Shown in pieces: positions 63,651 through 64,000 of a DNA stretch of 64,000 bases (the stretch's first letter is position 1; each line of letters begins with the position of its first letter). Source of the stretch: Leucoraja ocellata (Eukaryota); assembly GCA_036785375.1 (NCBI GenBank), contig JAWMAR010000085.1:7502001-7566000 (forward strand), given 5' to 3'. The notes under the pieces were generated by a model. The model did no database searches. It had not been told where the DNA came from and worked only from the letters and a program-made list of their open reading frames with translations. The position numbers and the translations under genes were made by a program.

Positions 63651-64000
63651 GTGAGCGTTTCAACATCGAGTGTCTGTGATACTTTGTTTTGATGCAAGGG
63701 ATTTACTGCCTAGAGGCACAGTCAGAGTCATTCAGCACGGAAATAGATCCAACTCACCCACGCTGACCAAGATGCACCCATCTACACTAGTCCATGTGGC
63801 CCATATCCTTCCAAGCATTTCCTATCCATGTACCAAGTATCGCTTATATTCAATGATCACTGATACATTATTGTCACGTGTACCTAGGTACAGTCAAATG
63901 CTTTGTTTTGCACACTTTTCTGGTACCTGTACCAACAAAGTTACAAAAGTTCACCAAACAGTCCTGTCTTCTTATAGTACCTGCCTCAACTACCTCCTCT

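Overview
Repeat-rich vertebrate genomic DNA. The repeat content (HE1/V-SINE-type tRNA SINEs, CR1, Rex/Babar and Neptune-type Penelope elements) points to a cartilaginous fish, probably a skate or ray; this is an inference. Two tandem + strand EWI-family immunoglobulin-superfamily genes can be reconstructed from GT-AG boundaries, and every intron is phase 1. (1) The last five coding exons of PTGFRN (EWI-F/CD9P-1) are 500-922, 1674-2078, 4496-4603, 6603-6902 and 10448-10611 (TM, tail and stop), with AATAAA at 10982. (2) The first five coding exons of a CD101/IGSF3-like gene are a signal-peptide exon at 36509-36578 and V-set exons at 49629-50006, 51905-52312, 61579-61959 and 63246-63650; this gene runs off the window. 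Exons 4496-4603 and 36509-36578 are absent from the ORF track. The remainder is mostly nested mobile DNA: CR1, Rex/Babar, L2 and Tx1 LINE pieces, Penelope RT/GIY-YIG remnants, SINEs, non-autonomous Helitrons and two MITEs. The most notable signals are: many minimal hammerhead-ribozyme motifs carried by short Penelope-derived elements, three of them flanked by target-site duplications (TSDs) and partly inverted; an exon whose first bases regenerate the upstream splice donor (recursive-splice-like site); a perfect 94-bp palindrome; and a possible alternative last exon of PTGFRN lacking the TM segment. None of these is shown to be novel without database searches.
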